Assembly (NCBI RefSeq): GCF_021738965.1
Contig: NZ_JAKKOQ010000007.1
Span: forward strand, 125,620-157,619
DNA from: Gordonia zhenghanii
GTDB lineage: Bacteria; Actinomycetota; Actinomycetes; Mycobacteriales; Mycobacteriaceae
Reading direction: 5' to 3'
Length of the DNA: 32,000 nt
Shown here: positions 23,893 to 31,657 of the stretch, in pieces
Position numbering within the stretch: position 1 is the stretch's first letter
Layout: each line of letters starts with the position of its first letter
The notes under the pieces: generated by a model
Told to the model about the DNA's origin: nothing
Seen by the model: only the letters and a program-made list of their open reading frames with translations
The model's database searches: none
Translations under genes and position numbers: made by a program

Positions 23893-25182
23893 CTACACAG
23901 TCATCACGATGATGACGGCGATGATCGCCGTCAGCAGGACGAGCAGGGCGAAGATCGCGACGGCGAGGCCGATGTTGCTGCTCTGCTGAGGCGGCTGCTG
24001 GTAGTAGGTGGGGTAGGGGTTCGGCCCGGAGCGTGTGGGGTCGTACGCGGGCGATGGCGTGTACGGGTCTCGACTTCGCTCGACCGGCGGTTGGGAGTAG
24101 CCGTAGTAGGGGTCTCGACTCCGCTCGACCAGCGACGGGGGCCGCGCGACCATCGAGGGGGAGTACGGGTCGTAACCGGTCCCCGTCGGGGCGACGCGCG
24201 TGGGCGGATGCGAGTTCGTCCCCGGGTTCGACGGGATGATGGTCTCGCGGGCAGGCACCGCCCGCTGCGGCTTGGTCGAGATGAGGCCGGTCAGCACCTT
24301 TTCTGTGGTGCCGAGCGTTCCCGCCGCGTACTGGACGAGTAGATCACGAGCCTCCGACATCGTCGGTCGGGCGGCGGGAGCCGGCTCGAGTAGGTGCAGC
24401 ATCACCGGTTCGAGCGCGCCTGCGCGCGTCGGCGGATCGATCTGTGCGTTCGCCGCACGGTGCAGCGTCGCGATGTAGTTGTCGGTGTCGCCGTACGGAG
24501 GGCGACCCTCCACCATCGTGTACAGCGTCGCGCCGAGTGAGTACACGTCGGCAGGCTCGCCCGGCTCGTCGCCGCGCGCCACCTCGGGCGCGAAGTACGC
24601 GGGCGTGCCGGTGACGATGCCGGTCTGGGTCAGCGAGACGTCGTCCTTGGCGCGCGAGATACCGAAGTCGGTGATCTTCACCAGCCCCACGTTGCGGCCG
24701 GTGTTGGCGATCAGGATGTTGGCCGGTTTGATGTCGCGGTGGATGATGCCCGACGCGTGCGCCTCGGCGATCGCGTCGGCCACCTGCGCAGCGATCTGAG
24801 CGGCCTCGATCGGCGCGATCGTATGGTTGTCGCGCAGCACGTCGGCCACGCTGTGCGACGGCAGGTACTCCATCACCAGCCACGGATCCTCGCCGTCGAG
24901 GGCGACGTCGTGCATGCCGATCGCGTTGCGGTGCGACAGACGGGCGGCGAGTCGGCCCTCGCGCATCGCGCGCTGACGGTTGGTGAGCGACTCCTCGTCG
25001 GACATGCCCGCCGTCGACAGGACCTGTTTGACGGCGACGTCACGGTCGAGCAGGGTGTCGCGGGCGAGCCAGACGGCTCCCATGCCGCCACGCCCGATCT
25101 GGCGGACCAGGCGATAGCGGCCTGCGACGAGATACGAGGGGGCAGGCGCGGCCGATCCGGTCATGTCGCGAGTGTAAGCCAT
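23893..25182 (-). CDS. Hanks-type Ser/Thr protein kinase with a Pro/Tyr-rich linker and a C-terminal TM anchor
   Basis: GRGGMGAVWLA, VAVKQV, HRDIKPANIL, DFGISRA and GTPAYFAPE motifs. The C-terminal helix IGLAVAIFALLVLLTAIIAVIIVMTV ends the protein. Confidence 0.9.
   Translation of the reverse strand: MAYTRDMTGSAAPAPSYLVAGRYRLVRQIGRGGMGAVWLARDTLLDRDVAVKQVLSTAGMSDEESLTNRQRAMREGRLAARLSHRNAIGMHDVALDGEDPWLVMEYLPSHSVADVLRDNHTIAPIEAAQIAAQVADAIAEAHASGIIHRDIKPANILIANTGRNVGLVKITDFGISRAKDDVSLTQTGIVTGTPAYFAPEVARGDEPGEPADVYSLGATLYTMVEGRPPYGDTDNYIATLHRAANAQIDPPTRAGALEPVMLHLLEPAPAARPTMSEARDLLVQYAAGTLGTTEKVLTGLISTKPQRAVPARETIIPSNPGTNSHPPTRVAPTGTGYDPYSPSMVARPPSLVERSRDPYYGYSQPPVERSRDPYTPSPAYDPTRSGPNPYPTYYQQPPQQSSNIGLAVAIFALLVLLTAIIAVIIVMTV
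24066..24134. repeat. Two copies of the intergenic repeat unit embedded in-frame in the kinase linker
   Basis: GGTCTCGACTTCGCTCGACCGGCGG (from 24066) and GGTCTCGACTCCGCTCGACCAGCG (from 24111). On the coding strand they read PPVERSRDP and SLVERSRDP. Confidence 0.85.
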
Positions 25183-25234
25183 GCGTACGACGCGACCTTG
25201 ACGCAGCTATCGCACATGTGTTCGGATAATCGGC

Positions 25235-26140
25235 ATGAGTGGGTTGCCGGGGCTGGTCGCGGACGACCTCGTGCGGACCCTGCGGATCCCCGAGGCCCCA
25301 CGACTCACGGTGCACGAGATGCTGGCGCCGACCATGCTGCGATCGGTGACCAGCGATCGGCGGCATCCGTATGAGTTCTCGGTGGATCCGATGGTGCGCG
25401 ACGGTGGTGACGTTCGGGTGATGCTGAACGCGGCCGCCGTCCTGCGAAAAGAGGTACGACGGCGGTCGTGGCACCAGTCGACGGTCGCGATCGGAGCGTC
25501 CGGCACCGACCCGTACGGGTTCTTCGAAGACCGATATCGGTTGATGCCCGGCGTCATCTCCACGCTCGCCGAATCACAGACACCGTTCGCGTTGCATACG
25601 GGATCCGAGCTCGTCCTGCGCGATCTGTCGCTGCTGCGCGTGGTGCGCCACGCGGTCCCGACCACCGTGATCGTCACGGTGCCGGCGATGGACGTCGACC
25701 TGTGTCGGCGGGCGGATCCGCAGGGGTCGTCGCCCGCGAAGCGGATCGAGACCGTTCGAAAGCTCGCCGACGCGGGTCTCGTGCCGCACGTGCAGATCGC
25801 GCCGCTGCTGCCGCTGCTGACCGATGCCACGTCACAGTTGGACGACCTACTCGGCGAGCTCGCGGACGCTGGCGCCGATCGGGTGTCGGTGTCGGTGCTA
25901 CAACTGTCCGACGACGGTTACCTCGAATGGATCGCCGAGGAGCATCCGGCGCTGCTGCGTCGCTACCGGTCGCTGTACGGGCGCGGATCGTTCGTGCCCG
26001 CCGACTACGCGGTCAGGCTCCGTGAACGGATGAAGCCGCTCGTGCAGGAACACGGCCTGGTTCGGCCTTCCGGAGATGAGCCCGCCGCGGCTGTGGCGCC
26101 GATCGAACCCGTCGAAGACCCGGAGCTCACTCTGTTCTGA
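25235..26140 (+). CDS. Rv2578c/SplB-like radical-SAM family homologue lacking the CxxxCxxC cluster motif
   Basis: Collinear, from memory, with Rv2578c-type proteins (AAVLRKEVRRRSWHQSTVAIGASGTDPY...RYRLMPGVISTLA...VAPLLPLLTD...ELTLF). The whole protein contains a single Cys (DLCRR). Confidence 0.6.
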   Translation: MSGLPGLVADDLVRTLRIPEAPRLTVHEMLAPTMLRSVTSDRRHPYEFSVDPMVRDGGDVRVMLNAAAVLRKEVRRRSWHQSTVAIGASGTDPYGFFEDRYRLMPGVISTLAESQTPFALHTGSELVLRDLSLLRVVRHAVPTTVIVTVPAMDVDLCRRADPQGSSPAKRIETVRKLADAGLVPHVQIAPLLPLLTDATSQLDDLLGELADAGADRVSVSVLQLSDDGYLEWIAEEHPALLRRYRSLYGRGSFVPADYAVRLRERMKPLVQEHGLVRPSGDEPAAAVAPIEPVEDPELTLF

Positions 26141-26615
26141 GGCGGGACGAGTAAGCGCAGAGCGCTGCCGTCAACAGCATGACCAGCGTGAGTGGAATGA
26201 GAATCACCTTGCTGGGGGCGGCGAAGTCGGCGAGGTTCGGTGCGCCGAGCTTGGTCTCGAGGTCGCCGTAGAACCAGTTCGGCCAGATCATCACGGCCAC
26301 CGGGACGATGGCGCCGATGGTGGTGGCGACGGCGGCGATGACGTTCGCCAGTCGCGACAACGGGGCAGCCGACGGTGCAGGCATCAGTGAGATCAGGGCC
26401 GCGAGTATCGCGACGACGCACGCCGCCACGATCAACCAGCCGCGTCCCTCGGGTGCGACGTCGAGGTCGGCGATCGCGGAGTCGCCGATGCCCAATCCGT
26501 TCCACGACAGGTCCAGGCCTGCCGACTTCAGGTTCATCCAGGGGAGTGCGGTGAGGGCGATCGCGGTCGCGGCGGAGACGATCGTCGCGAACGGAAACAG
26601 GCGGGACGGCTGCAT
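26127..26615 (-). CDS. Integral membrane protein (about 4 TM helices), function unknown
   Basis: 162-aa hydrophobic ORF with segments FATIVSAATAIALTAL, WLIVAACVVAILAALISL, VIAAVATTIGAIVPVAVMIW and VILIPLTLVMLLTAALCAY. Its 3' end overlaps the convergent gene by 14 nt. Confidence 0.6.
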   Translation of the reverse strand: MQPSRLFPFATIVSAATAIALTALPWMNLKSAGLDLSWNGLGIGDSAIADLDVAPEGRGWLIVAACVVAILAALISLMPAPSAAPLSRLANVIAAVATTIGAIVPVAVMIWPNWFYGDLETKLGAPNLADFAAPSKVILIPLTLVMLLTAALCAYSSRLRTE

Positions 26616-26690
26616 GAGTGCCGACTGTAGTGGAGCGATCTGGCCCGTGGGCTGCAGCGTTGACGATTGTCAGAGGCGAGACCTAGACTA

Positions 26691-26706
26691 TCGAACAATA
26701 GTTCGA
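26691..26706. promoter_or_regulatory. LexA (SOS) box upstream of imuA'
   Basis: TCGAACAATAGTTCGA is a perfect match to the actinobacterial/mycobacterial SOS box TCGAAC-N4-GTTCGA. It ends 21 nt before the imuA' ATG. Confidence 0.85.
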
Positions 26707-26727
26707 ATGCCGAGGATTGGGGAAACG

Positions 26728-27489
26728 ATGGCTCGGTCAGGGATCGTCAAAGCAGGTCAGCGCGATGTTTCAAGGGAGGTAGACGAGCTTCGGCGGCGGC
26801 TCGCAGGTATGTCGGGGGACGCGGTTTCCGAGACGTCGGTGCTTCCCGTTCCGGAGTCGATGACGCCGTTGTTTCCGCGCGGCGGACTCTCTCGGGGGAC
26901 GGTGGTCGCCTCTGCCGGAGCCACCACGGTGCCGATGGCGATCATCGCCGAGACGACCCGAGCGGGAGCGACGGTCGCCCTCGTCGGACTGCCGCGGTTG
27001 AACCTGGCCGCAGCTAAAGACATGGGGGCCGATCTGAGTCGGGTCGCGGTGGTGACTGAGCCCGGCGTCGACCCGCTCGAAGTGGCCGGCGTGCTGCTCG
27101 ACGGGATCGACCTCGTGGTGCTCGGGCCGGAACTCGGGAACGGACGCATGCGCGGCCCGGTGACGCCGTCTCGCGCGCGGGTGCTGGCGGGGCGGGCTCG
27201 CAAGCAGTCGTCGACGCTGCTGGTCCTGGGCGACTGGCCGGGTGCCGCCGTCCGCATCTCCAGTGAGGTGACCGATTACCGGCACGTTCCCGCACGACGC
27301 AGCGGGTACGGGCGGATCGGCGGGTTCGGGGTGGACGTGCAGGTGTCCGCGTCCGGTGCGCGGTCGTCGACCGGTCGGTTCGACCTTGTGACACCCGGCA
27401 TGGGGGAGAAGCAGGACGTCCTGCAGTTGGTGGCTGTCGACGCCCAGGTTCAGGCGCCGGCTCGTCCGAAGCTGGCGGTAGCGAATTGA
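26728..27489 (+). CDS. imuA': ImuA' (RecA-fold SOS mutasome accessory protein)
   Basis: About 250-aa protein directly upstream of and overlapping imuB, behind an SOS box. ...LFPRGGLSRGTVVASAGATTVPMAIIAETTRAGATVALVGLP... resembles the degenerate RecA/SulA-like core of ImuA'. The start is set at ATG 26728 (GGGGAAAC upstream), not at the 26308 track start. Confidence 0.8.
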   Translation: MARSGIVKAGQRDVSREVDELRRRLAGMSGDAVSETSVLPVPESMTPLFPRGGLSRGTVVASAGATTVPMAIIAETTRAGATVALVGLPRLNLAAAKDMGADLSRVAVVTEPGVDPLEVAGVLLDGIDLVVLGPELGNGRMRGPVTPSRARVLAGRARKQSSTLLVLGDWPGAAVRISSEVTDYRHVPARRSGYGRIGGFGVDVQVSASGARSSTGRFDLVTPGMGEKQDVLQLVAVDAQVQAPARPKLAVAN

Positions 27490-29075
27490 GTGGGGACGGG
27501 CGCGGGGCCCAGTCGCGCCGTGTCATGGCGGTGTGGTGCCCCGACTGGCCTGCGGTCGCGGCGGCGACGGCGGTCGGACTCTCCGCGGTCGACTCGATCG
27601 CGGTCCTGGACGCGGGCAAGGTGCAGGCGTGTTCGCGAGCAGCGCGAGCGGTCGGCGTCCGACGCGGCATGCGGAAACGGCAGGCGCAGTCGCTGTGCCC
27701 GGACCTGACGGTGGCCGACGCCGACCCGGCACGTGACGGACGCCTGTTCGACCCGGTGGTGACTGCGGTGACCGAAGTGGTCCCGCTGACCGAAGTGCTG
27801 CGGCCCGGTCTGCTCGTGGTGACCGCCGACCGTGCCTCGCGCTACTTCGGGGGCGAGGACGCACTCGCCGAGCAGATCGTCGACGCGGTGGCCGCGACCG
27901 GTGTGACCGCGTCGGTCGGGACCGCCGACGAACTGTTCACTGCCGTGCTCGCCGCACGGTCCGGGCAGATCGTGCCGCCCGGGACTGACGCCGCCTATCT
28001 GGCGACGCGGCCGATCTCCGACCTGACCGTCGAAGCGGCGCTGTCGGTGCCCGAACGCGCCGACCTTGTGGATCTGCTGTGGCGGTTGGGTATTCGGACG
28101 CTCGGATCGTTCGCCGAGTTGTCGGCCGCCGACGTCGCCTCCCGATTCACTGCCGACGCGATCAGCGCGCACCGGCTGGCAGCCGGGTTGCCCGGACGAC
28201 GTCCCAGTCGCGCGCCGATCCCCGTCGCGCTCGAAGTGGAGCACACCTGCGACCCTCCGATCGACCGGATCGACGCCGCCGCATTCCTCGGACGACGCCT
28301 CGCTGACGACCTGCATCATCGTCTGACGGCGGCGTCGCTGGCGTGCACCAGGCTGACCGTGCATGCGATCACCGAACGCGGACAACGGCATTCACGGACC
28401 TGGCGATGCGCGGAGCCGCTCACCCCGGAGGCGACTGCCGCCCGGGTGCGATGGCAGTTGGAAGGCTGGCTGACCGGCACCGCGGGTGGAGCAGGCGCGC
28501 CCGACTCGCCGATCGCCCGTCTACTCCTCGAACCCGTCGAGGTAGTGGACCCCGGCACCCTTCAGTACACGTTCGTCGGGGCCGGGCTGCCCGCAGCCGT
28601 CGGCGACGGACTCGGCGACCGTGCACGACGCGCACTGGTCCGCGTGCAAGGTCTGCTCGGCGGAGAATCGGTGCGCGTCCCTGTTCACAGTGGTGGCCGC
28701 GGCCCCGCCGAACAGGTCGCGCTGGTGGCGCTCGGCGACGAACTCGTCGCACCGCGCGACCCGGACGCCGCGTGGCCTGACCGGCTGGCTCGGCCGTCTC
28801 CCGCTCTGTTGTCGCACACTGATGCCGAAGTCCTCGACGCGCAAGGGCGGCTCGTCTCCGTGACCCCGCGCGGAGCGTTCACCGCCGAACCCACCGATGT
28901 GCGGATCGGGCGGAGTCTCCACCGTCTGCGGTGGTGGGCCGGCCCGTGGCCCTTCGGCTCCTCGCCCCAACCTCTCGCAGTCTCCGCGAGAGCCCAAGTG
29001 CTGCTCGAGGATTCCCGCGCCCTCCTCCTCTGCTACCGCGAGTCCGCCTGGACCGTGGAGGGCGTGTACGAGTAG
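27486..29075 (+). CDS. imuB: ImuB (catalytically inactive Y-family polymerase-like mutasome subunit)
   Basis: MAVWCPDWPAVAA...LDAGKVQACSRAARAVGVRRGMRKRQAQSLCPDL is the typical ImuB N-terminus, with a Y-family fold but no DxD catalytic triad seen. The probable true start is ATG at 27525. Confidence 0.9.
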   Translation: MSGDGRGAQSRRVMAVWCPDWPAVAAATAVGLSAVDSIAVLDAGKVQACSRAARAVGVRRGMRKRQAQSLCPDLTVADADPARDGRLFDPVVTAVTEVVPLTEVLRPGLLVVTADRASRYFGGEDALAEQIVDAVAATGVTASVGTADELFTAVLAARSGQIVPPGTDAAYLATRPISDLTVEAALSVPERADLVDLLWRLGIRTLGSFAELSAADVASRFTADAISAHRLAAGLPGRRPSRAPIPVALEVEHTCDPPIDRIDAAAFLGRRLADDLHHRLTAASLACTRLTVHAITERGQRHSRTWRCAEPLTPEATAARVRWQLEGWLTGTAGGAGAPDSPIARLLLEPVEVVDPGTLQYTFVGAGLPAAVGDGLGDRARRALVRVQGLLGGESVRVPVHSGGRGPAEQVALVALGDELVAPRDPDAAWPDRLARPSPALLSHTDAEVLDAQGRLVSVTPRGAFTAEPTDVRIGRSLHRLRWWAGPWPFGSSPQPLAVSARAQVLLEDSRALLLCYRESAWTVEGVYE

Positions 29076-29086
29076 GCCCTATTTAG

Positions 29087-29207
29087 CTGGTCGAGCGAAG
29101 TCGAGACCCCGCTGATCGAGCTTCCCGCTGTTGATCGAGCTTTCCCGTTGTTGATCGAGCGGAGTCGAGATCCCTTGCGTACGTAGCGGTGGCGCTCGAC
29201 CAACGCC
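29087..29207. repeat. Repeat-family copies in inverted orientation plus GTTGATCGAGC sub-repeats, starting 11 nt after the imuB stop
   Basis: CTGGTCGAGCGAAGTCGAGACC (29087-29108) is the exact reverse complement of the forward unit. It is followed by 3 copies of (G)TTGATCGAGC, then GGAGTCGAGATCCC, then the half unit GCGCTCGACCAAC. Confidence 0.8.
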
Positions 29208-29404
29208 AGAACGGCCCGGCAGGGTCTTGAAAACGTTGGCTTCGACGGCGATAATGGAAGGCAGTCCCGTACCGTTCATGACTTAGCGATCTCCACGACA
29301 CCCTTCGGGGATGTCTCACCTAGGAGATTTGTCTGCTCGGTGCGGGACACCTTTCTATTCTGTGGATGGCGAGTCGTTCCCCTACTGACCGATCTTCCCC
29401 CCAC

Positions 29405-29663
29405 GTTGATCGAGCGGAGTCGAGATCCCCTGCGCACGTTGCGGTCTCGACTCCGCTCGACCAGCGGGAGTCTCGACAGCGGGGGTCTCGACTCCGCTCG
29501 ACCGGCAGGGGTCTCGACTTCGCTCGACCAGCAGAAATGTGCTCGACCAGCGAGGGTCTCGACTTCGCTCGACCAGCGGAAAGGCGCTCGACCAGCGGGG
29601 TCTCGACTTCGCTCGACCAACAGAAAGGCGCTCGACCAGCGGGGAGGCTCGACCGGCGAGCGG
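29405..29663. repeat. Largest array of the repeat family: one inverted copy, then about 10 forward full and half units with a 44-45-bp higher-order period
   Basis: A perfect 16-bp inverted repeat joins 29410-29425 and 29445-29460. Full forward units start at 29443, 29484, 29511, 29555 and 29599, alternating with GCTCGACCAGCG half units. The array ends 3 nt before the acrA1-like stop codon. Confidence 0.9.
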
Positions 29664-29666
29664 GCG

Positions 29667-31589
29667 CTAGTTCTTCTGTCCGAGGGCGGCGCTCGACTCG
29701 CCGACCATGAGGAACTCCTGGTGCATGATGCGGGTGGTCAGGCGGGGGAGGAGGTTGTGGCCTGCGTCGACGAGATCGCCGAGGAAGGTGTTGGCGCGCT
29801 TCGGGCGGTCGACGATGGCGTGAAGGACGCGGGTCGCAGCTTTGTCGACACTCCAGACGCCGTGCTGGGACTCGTAGGCGTCGGTCGGAGCGATCATCCG
29901 AGTCCGCGTCAACGGGAGTCGGACAGTGCTGAAGGTGATGTGGTCCGACAGCGTCTCCGCCGCCGTCGCTGCGCTGAACGCTTCGAGTGCTGCTTTCGAC
30001 GCGCTGTACGCGCCGAACCGCGGACCGCGACTCTGAACCGCGATCGACGACACGTTCACCACATGGCCTGTCTGGCGCGCGACCATGTGCGGCAGCAGCG
30101 CGAGCGTCATGTAGACCGCCCCGAAATAGTTGACGGCCATCGTCCGCTGATAGTCGTGCGAACGGTTCACCGAGTTCAACGTCGACCGGCGGATCGAGCG
30201 GCCGGCATTGTTGACCAGCACGTCGACGTAGCCGTGTTCGGCGATGATCGACTTGACGACCGTCTGCACCGCAGCCTCATCGGTGATGTCGGCCTGATAC
30301 GCGTAGGCGCGGCCCAAGGGGAAGCCGTCTTCCGGAGTGTCGGCCTCCAGTTCGGCGACGGCCTCCGCGAGTCGGTCGACGTCGCGGGCCACCAGGAAGA
30401 CGTTCCCGCCGCGCATGACGCACATGCTGGCCGTCGCCCGGCCGATGCCTGCTGAGGAGCCGGTGATCAGGATGTTCTTGCCGACCAGCGGGCCGCGTGC
30501 ATCCGCGCGACGGAACCGCGCCGGATCGAGATGGTCGTACCAGTAGCGCCACAGGCGCGGGCCGTAGTCGTTCAGGTCGGGCAGTTCGACGCCGAGGCCA
30601 CGCAGTGTCGTCACGGACTCGTCGCTGCGGAAGTCGACGGGCAACGAGACGAGGTCGGCCATCACCGGCGGAATGCCCATTTGACCGACCACCAGATCGC
30701 GTGCGGCGCGCAGTGGGCCCCGGGAGCCGGCGGCGAGGAACGGTCGGACCAGTGCGTTCGGCACCACGTCGAAACCGCGCGGCGCGTCGAACGCCGGAGC
30801 CAGCGCGTTCACCATGTCGGTGATGGTGTGCGGCGTCGGGTCGGCCAGGTGGAACACCAGACCGGAGTCGGCGGGTCGGTGGTCGACGAGTGCGACGATC
30901 GCGTCGGCGACGTAGTCGACCGGCACCAGTTCGATCCGTCCGAGGTCGGGCATCGGCACCTTCATGAACGACGGCAGCTTGCCGAGCGACGCGAGTTGCC
31001 CGAAGAAGTAGTAGGGGCCGTCGATCTTGTCCATCTCGCCGGTCCGCGAATCGCCGACCACTGCGGTCGGACGGTAGACGCGCCACCTCAGGTCAGGGGT
31101 GTCGCGGACGACCTTCTCGGCCTCGAACTTGGTCCGGTGATACGGGGTCGGGAAACACTGTCCCTTGTCGAAATCGGCTTCGGTGAAGGCACCGTCGTAG
31201 TCGCCAGCCACCGCGATCGACGAGATGTGGTGCAGCATGGCGTCGAGGTCGACGGCCAGAGCAGCGACCCGGCGCGTGCCCTCGACGTTCGCCGCCTCCT
31301 GCGACGCGGCGTCGGCCGCCATGTCGTAGATCGCGGCGAGGTGGATGACGTGGTCGATGTCGCCGAGATCGCTGAGGTCACGGATGTCGAGTCCGTCGAC
31401 CGTGAGATCGCCCGGCACGGTGACCACGCGGTCGCCGCCGGGGATCGTTTCGAGCAGGCGTGCGAAGGACGGCACCGAGCCGGGCCGCACCAGGGTGGTG
31501 ATGCGAGCGTCGGCGTCTGCGTCGAGCAGTCGCTGAAGGACGCGACGGCCGATGAAGCCGCTCGCCCCTGTCACGAGATATCCGGTCAC
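29667..31589 (-). CDS. acrA1: AcrA1-like bifunctional fatty acyl-CoA reductase (N-terminal NAD-dependent reductase domain plus C-terminal classical SDR)
   Basis: N-terminal Rossmann VTGASGFIGRRV with PYHRTKFEAEK (YxxxK). C-terminal SDR ITGSSAGIGRA, NNAG, YSASKAALEAF. The 640-aa size and the position next to imuB match my memory of M. tuberculosis Rv3391. Confidence 0.8.
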   Translation of the reverse strand: MTGYLVTGASGFIGRRVLQRLLDADADARITTLVRPGSVPSFARLLETIPGGDRVVTVPGDLTVDGLDIRDLSDLGDIDHVIHLAAIYDMAADAASQEAANVEGTRRVAALAVDLDAMLHHISSIAVAGDYDGAFTEADFDKGQCFPTPYHRTKFEAEKVVRDTPDLRWRVYRPTAVVGDSRTGEMDKIDGPYYFFGQLASLGKLPSFMKVPMPDLGRIELVPVDYVADAIVALVDHRPADSGLVFHLADPTPHTITDMVNALAPAFDAPRGFDVVPNALVRPFLAAGSRGPLRAARDLVVGQMGIPPVMADLVSLPVDFRSDESVTTLRGLGVELPDLNDYGPRLWRYWYDHLDPARFRRADARGPLVGKNILITGSSAGIGRATASMCVMRGGNVFLVARDVDRLAEAVAELEADTPEDGFPLGRAYAYQADITDEAAVQTVVKSIIAEHGYVDVLVNNAGRSIRRSTLNSVNRSHDYQRTMAVNYFGAVYMTLALLPHMVARQTGHVVNVSSIAVQSRGPRFGAYSASKAALEAFSAATAAETLSDHITFSTVRLPLTRTRMIAPTDAYESQHGVWSVDKAATRVLHAIVDRPKRANTFLGDLVDAGHNLLPRLTTRIMHQEFLMVGESSAALGQKN

Positions 31590-31657
31590 TGAAACAGGTT
31601 CTCACATTTGTCTCGTGTGTGGATGGACGGAAGCGTCGGGCGAGGCGGTCGGAGAAG

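Noticed and set aside
26308-26727. An upstream extension of the imuA' ORF, which starts at 26308 in the track.
   Set aside because: The extension runs antisense through a hydrophobic membrane-protein gene and across the SOS box. The operator at 26691-26706 must lie upstream of the start, so ATG 26728 is used.
27450-28391. A 313-aa ORF antisense to imuB, plus the 27014..27670 antisense ORF.
   Set aside because: Both are Arg/Gly/Pro-rich with no domains. imuA'/imuB on the + strand explain the region.
29380-29402. C-rich tracts (TTCCCCTAC, CTTCCCCCCAC) considered as a possible 6C-type sRNA.
   Set aside because: I could not identify the two-hairpin architecture with C-rich loops. The location does not match the synteny I remember for 6C RNA, and the tracts adjoin repeat-derived sequence.
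29405-29663. Repeat arrays considered as possible CRISPR arrays.
   Set aside because: The spacing between the 24-nt units is only 3-21 nt, and that spacing consists of half units rather than unique spacers. The period is irregular, copies occur in both orientations and inside a CDS, and no cas genes are present.
30277-31592. A 353-aa + strand ORF and a 269-aa alternative-frame ORF overlapping the acrA1-like gene.
   Set aside because: The 29667..31589 minus-strand frame contains two complete SDR motif sets. The other frames are compositional artefacts.
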